Shown: positions 50,213 through 55,892 of the stretch, piece by piece
Position numbering within the stretch: the stretch's first letter is position 1
Layout of the letters: each line of letters begins with the position of its first letter
NCBI GenBank assembly: GCA_001938485.1
Contig: MQRK01221138.1
Location: forward strand, 1-55,892
Direction: 5' to 3'
DNA length: 55,892 nt
Source of the DNA: Girardia tigrina
Taxonomy: Eukaryota
Notes under the pieces: model-generated
What the model saw: the letters and a program-made list of their open reading frames with translations, nothing else
What the model was told of the DNA's origin: nothing
The model's database searches: none
Position numbers and translations under genes: made by a program

Positions 50213-50969
50213 TATTGGGTTCTTGATCAAAAGACATTATCATGAACACAAAAATTTATTTCTATAACATTTTGAATTTTTTAAACAAATATTTTTGAGG
50301 AACTTTTGTACTTTTTTTACACAACCAATATAAATAAAAATAGATATAAATAAAAATATGGTTAGTAAATTTTTTACAAATTAAAATTCTATATTTTCTT
50401 TAATAAAAAATTATAGTGAATTAAAATTTTGTCACAAAGATTTTGTTGCGTCTTATTAATTTTTCAATTTTATGGTATATTTAAATTTACCTGTTTCTCA
50501 ATTACATTTTCCAAAAAATTAAAATCGCATTTTTTATTTAAGTCGAGTTAATGGTTTTACAATTATTTTTTAATTCCAATTTTAATTTCCAAAAATTATA
50601 ATTACTTTTTCCCAAAAAAAATATAACCACATTTTTAATTTACTTTGATTTAAAAGTTACCAAAATAGTTTAGTTTACTTTTATTTCGCAAATAAAATAT
50701 CAAACTTAAATTACTTTTTATTTTATTTCAAATAAATATTTTCATCAAATTTGAAATTAACTTTTTTTACTTTATAATAAATCTTTACATAAATCTTTTA
50801 ATAACCCTACCGTAAAATTTATTTTATTTCTTACTTAAATTAATTTTTTACATTAAATTTCTGAAAATCTTATGTTAACATATTTATAACAATATTTTAC
50901 GGAATGTAATTGTTTATTTAATAATTAGATAAGATTCAAAAATTTTATATTTTATAAACGCTCCCAACA
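50213..50969 (-). mobile_element. Solo LTR (family A), highly similar to 14398-15163
   Basis: Perfect TSD ACTAC (50208-50212 and 50970-50974); TGTTGGG...CCCAATA termini on the minus strand. Confidence 0.93.
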
Positions 50970-52559
50970 ACTACTAAAATATTTACTTATTTGATAGCCT
51001 ACATTGTAACGGTATTTTTACATTTCTATTAATTTATAAATCTATTTATAAATTAGCATTCTTTAAAACTTAGTGGCCAAAATTACCAAAAAGTAATGTA
51101 ACTAGTAAATCAAAAAATTAAATTTTATATATCCATTCTTTATGCAGATAGAACTCTACTTTACCAACAAAGTTTTTAAAATTTAAAAAATTTTAATTAA
51201 AAAACAATAAAAAATTAATATAAACTAATAATTTATAAGTAGATCTTTTTCAATTAATATTGCTCAGGAACTCCGAATTTTCCATTTTTCTCATTTTGGG
51301 ACCATAAAAAGTTTTTTTTGATTAAATTTTCACCTAATCATTTATTGACATCAAAAATGAGTAAGTGTGCAAAATTTGAATAAAATTGATTAAATAAAAA
51401 GCCTTCAAAAGTAAGTTTATTATATCGAATGTAAGCTAATAAAAAGAATGGAAAAAGCTTAAGCAGACATTTTCTGTCATTTTTTATGTCATTTGTTTTG
51501 AAGATTTGGTAATCATTTTCTCATTTATAATTGATTTTGAAAAATAATTTTCTCTTAGTGTTAATTAAATACTTCTTCAATTATCTTTCGGCAAACTCTA
51601 GAATATGGATTAACTTTGAGTTTCAAATAATCGTAATGAAATAATCGTTTCTGTTAGTAGCGTTGATGCCATGTCCGTTGTCCGAAATTTAAGAACTCAT
51701 TTTTATCGCAAAACTTTATTAAAATATATCGATTGTTATGTATGTAAACATTTTTTTGATTTATTATTTAATTTTTATTTGTTTTCCTTTAAAGATCATT
51801 TTTAATTTTAAAACTTTTGGTATTTATTTAACTTTTTAAAACTTTCAAATTTAAAAACAATAATAAATTATTTTGGCGTAGTGCAAATTTTAACTAACTC
51901 ATCATAGTTTAAAAATAAAAAATAATGTTTCAAGACCATGATGCTAACAATTTAAATCAAATTTCTAAACATCATAATATATTATTAATTTATTAATTCT
52001 ATTATCGATATAAAATATAATTTGATATTATTAAAAAATAATAAACATATTTTTGAAAAGGAGACTTCAATATTAATTCGTCTTTTTAGATAACATTTAC
52101 ACATTTTCATAATTATCTAGATTTGGAATTTGAGATTGCATTAATTTAAAGCATTTTCTATCATTTAAATAATATTTATTATTTTAAATTGTTTATTAAG
52201 TTATTCTTATAAAACAATTTTCAGGTATGACCGAAAATCCTTTAAATTTAAAAACTAATAGATGCTGATGATGAATCGACTGAAAAAAATTCCTATTTAA
52301 TATTTATGATTAAGTTGAAAATTTTTTAAAGCATTTTAATTGCATGATGAAGCGATGAAATTCGTAGTGCACCGTATAAGATTTTATTGAAAATCAAAAT
52401 TATATAAGTCAGTCACTAGGGTATTGATCCATTAAATAGTTGATTAAGAATGTAAAGTTTTATCTAATAATAGCTGCTCCATCGAAATTGTCAAGAAATT
52501 AAAAATGTAAATTGTTATTTATATACTAGAGATCATCACTTTGTTTATAAAATGGAAGT

Positions 52560-53010
52560 TGTTAAGAGAAGTCACACATTTATTACATTCACATTTTTAA
52601 TCATCTCTATGATAATCAACAGTATTGCTTTCTCTTAAATCCATCACTCAATTTTTAATACTTCTCCTTACAATCTGAACTAACTTGAAGAAAATTATTT
52701 TATTTAAAACATGTAATTTAAATTTTATTGGCTAAAATAAAATTACTTTTTATAATCATTTTTAAACATTAATTTGATTTTAATTATTTAAAAATTCACA
52801 AAAATAAAATCAATAAAATTATTTAAAATTTACAATAATAAAAATTAAAAATTGAATATTAAATCTAAATTTGAATAAATTAGTTTCAGATTATAAGAAT
52901 TAAAATATTAATCATCCATCTGGTTAGGAGAGGCACCATCCCAAATCAACACACAACAGTTAAACATACAAACGCTACACAAAAACATCAACACACAAAT
53001 ATTCTTCACA
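52560..53010 (-). mobile_element. Solo LTR (family B)
   Basis: TGT...ACA termini with a perfect TSD GAAGT; motif ccatctggttaggagaggcacc. Confidence 0.88.
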
Positions 53011-53849
53011 GAAGTCATGTTTTTTCTATTATCAGTTTAACTGCTTCCTTCACCAAGACTTGGAAAAAATCTCCAATAAATCAAAATCAATTAATTTTAA
53101 ATCGATTATTTGTAATTTTATCTTTGAAATAAATACATTTTTTTCATCCTTTAGTTAATTTATTTTTTTCAGAATAGTTTTGCTAAAATCGTGATATTTT
53201 CTTTGTATTCATCAGTAATCTCTCCTATCCTTGGTCAGTTGATTAAAGTATTGGTTTACTGAGGATTGATAGACTATTTATATATTTATCACACATTAGC
53301 TGTATTAACGTAGCTTTTACAATACACAAAATTGGGTTTCAAGAAATAGTTTTTAAAAACTGAATTATAAAAAAATCAGTTATTTTTAGTTCTTTCCATA
53401 TGGCTTCTTCACTAGTTTCATCGTTCATATTTTTCTTCGTTTTTCAGATCTAAACCATCTTTTTATTAAGAGAGTTCAATCTTATTCATTATATTTGATA
53501 AGAATCTAATAGTTATGTGACTTCTCTTCTCTAAACCTAATGTTTATCTGCAAAAAAGTCTTCCTAATTCTAGACAGCGGACAAAAATTGTTCTTAAAAT
53601 TGTTTTAGCTTTCTGAGTACTTTAAAAATTTCATAATTTAGAGAAATTCCAAAAATTATCTTTGAAATCTCGATAATCAATTATATTAATATCATAATTT
53701 AAAATATCGTTGATTGACAGTAATTGGATAATAAATTTGTTTGCTTTAAATTTTGAAACTTTTTAACCGATTTCACATACGGCATAATATCGAGAAAAGA
53801 GGAAAAGTTATTACAAAAAAATCTTTCAAAAATAAGTTTTTAAAAAACT

Positions 53850-54790
53850 ATCTTAAATCTTATGAAAATAATAAATGTCATTTACATACTAATTTGGTGT
53901 ATCCCCGTTTTTTAATTTGAATTTAGTTTATCTGGATCAATGTATAAGTTTGAATTGAATTTGAATGTATAATTTGAATTTATAAAGATTACAAATTGTT
54001 TTAAATAAAAAATAGATTGAATTGACGCTTTAACGTTCTTCAACAATTCTTTTGGAGAAATATCGGACGAATTTTCTTCCAACTTTTTCTTTATATCATT
54101 TATTTTCTCGTTTTTCAGAACTTTAATAGCAATAACTTTTCCTTCTAGTATTTGAACAAATATTTGCATTCCGTCTCAAAAGATTACAAAATTCGAGAAT
54201 TTATTTAATTATATTTCAATTGCAGTGAAATCCAGAAAAAATTATTAGTTATTTGGTTTCTTTAAAAATTCTTCAATATGCCAGTAATGTCTGTAAAAAC
54301 AAAATTGTAAATTATTTGTGTTTTGGAATTCACTTTAACTTGTTTCCAAGTGCCTAATATACAGTAATCTAGGAAGCCGAATAAATGGTATCAACTTTAA
54401 CAGTTAATTATTTAGAAACCGGAATTATAAAATTATTACAAATATTAATAATACAATGTATAAGTGCCAAGCGTTAAGTGTTACGCCAAGAGAGAATCAC
54501 AGTACATTTTAAAATTGCATTGGACACATTATAATTGTTTAGTTTTTGTTGGATTTTGAAAACCAGTTCGTTAAACTCAACAAATAATTAAAAACCAGTT
54601 CGAGCAAACTGCACTATCCCCCTCTAGCATCATTGTCATGCGAGCAATCGCGGCCAAGTTCTTTTTAAGAGAATTTTCATATGGTAAGAAAGGTATGCAT
54701 TGATCCAAATAAACTAAATTCAAATTAACAAACGGGGATACACCAAATTAGTATGTAAATGACATTTATTATTTTCATAAGATTTAAGAT
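53850..54790. repeat. 96-bp near-perfect inverted repeat (53850-53945 / 54695-54790)
   Basis: Direct comparison shows only three mismatches. Confidence 0.92.
53912..54169 (-). pseudogene. Ubiquitin-like ORF fragment
   Basis: MQIFVQILEGKVIAIKVLKNEKINDIKKKLEE aligns with ubiquitin [32 protein letters not shown]. A second piece, ISPKELLKNVKASIQ, resembles [15 protein letters not shown]. No LRGG. Confidence 0.6.
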
Positions 54791-55082
54791 TATCGATTAA
54801 ATGAATTCTACTTATGGTCCTTTATAACAAAAGCAATGGTACTTAAAAGGATAACTAATGATTTTTAGATATTTCTGTTTTAATATAAAATTTTGATTAT
54901 ATGAAAAATGTAATTATCTAATTTCTATCCACCGGCAAGGAATCTGTGAACTCAATAAAAAAATCTTTCATCAATGTGAAATCTCCAAAAATGGTTTGAA
55001 ATAAAATAATATTATATATTTGTTTAGTGATAATTTTAATATACTCATAATGTATTTATTTAAATGTTCTCTTTCTATGTAG

Positions 55083-55167
55083 GTTAATTTGGCTTTCCCA
55101 ATTATTTATTGTGTGGCGACTGTTGTTCTTTTAATACTATCATTTATTGGTGGTCCTTATGAAAGCT
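55083..55167 (+). CDS. SLC7 transporter exon 6 (gene continues beyond the window)
   Basis: tatgtag|VNLAFPIIYCVATVVLLILSFIGGPYES continues RPIR|VNL in phase 0. Donor T|GTAAGT. Confidence 0.9.
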
Positions 55168-55279
55168 GTAAGTTATTTTTTTTCATGAGTTTTATTGAAA
55201 AAAATACATAATTAAAATTTTATTTAAACAAAATCATAATTTCTCAGTCACTTTATAAAATTTAGTTTTCAGTTATTAA

Positions 55280-55615
55280 TGTAGAATGTGAAACAATTCG
55301 AAAATAATCAAAGACAATTCGAAATCAAAAAATAATATTTATTTAACTCCCAATTTCAAATAAACGCTTGTTTCTCGAAAACTGCTGAATATTCAAACAA
55401 AATAAATTATTCGATTCTCAACAATCCTAAACTATATCCCCACCAGAATCGTTAGATGAAGTCTTTAAACCGGACTAGTCGCCTGATTTCTCTTTTACTT
55501 CGTCTGGTTACACGGTCACTTGCTTCAACTGCTTCTGTTACCTCTGAATCTTCATCGTTGTCGCCTACAACTCCCTGTTTTATTCTAATCAAATCCTCGT
55601 CGTGTCGTGGTCGTA
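55280..55615 (-). mobile_element. Gypsy integrase tail, PPT and short 3' LTR (55280-55436)
   Basis: ...VTRRSKREIRRLVRFKDFI*, then the PPT ggtgggga, then TATAG...CTACA. Confidence 0.7.
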
Positions 55616-55892
55616 AATTATTATTATATTTTGTAACTAATAAAGGTCTTAATTCTAATATAAAAAAAAGTGAATAAATTTTAGTTTAAATCACTAACAC
55701 AAATTTATGCACTTTCGCAGTTCAATCTCCAAATTGTGAAAGAGCGAGATCTGATAGAGTCAAAGAATGAGGTAGTATCTGAGTAATGTATACTTGACTT
55801 TGCTTGTCTTTTCAAAAGGATTTGGTTCATGATTTTGGGTCAAGGCTCAAGTAGGGGAAAAATGGGCATTCTCCCCACATGACCCCCCCCCC

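Noticed and set aside
51640-51700. ISDNGHGI, a GHKL ATPase-like motif on the minus strand
   Set aside because: Eight residues flanked by stops, with no other GHKL boxes visible.
52262-52295. CTGATGA...GAAA motif
   Set aside because: No pairing in stem II or III.

Overview
Very AT-rich eukaryotic (invertebrate-like, possibly planarian/flatworm-type) genomic DNA with three assembly gaps. One clear host gene is present: an SLC7 L-type amino-acid transporter light chain (LAT1/LAT2-like) on +. Six coding exons (20742-55167) splice in frame, with introns from 55 bp to about 17 kb; the last exon(s) lie beyond the window. Nearly everything else is a nested transposon graveyard: three degraded Gypsy/Ty3 elements, two solo-LTR families with readable 5-bp TSDs, pogo/Tigger, mariner, Tc1/IS630-like, several hAT types, Zator, MULE plus a foldback element, Penelope-like remnants, and probable piggyBac and RTE fragments. 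Most notable: (1) a family of Penelope-type minimal hammerhead ribozymes, one apparently intact and sense-oriented in SLC7 intron 5; (2) a candidate Cys-rich orphan gene cut off by a Gypsy element; (3) a ubiquitin-like pseudogene bracketed by a 96-bp inverted repeat; (4) a Ulp1-like cysteine-protease fragment; (5) closely similar LTRs in opposite orientation around SLC7 exons 1-5. All calls come from manual reading and translation; no searches were run.
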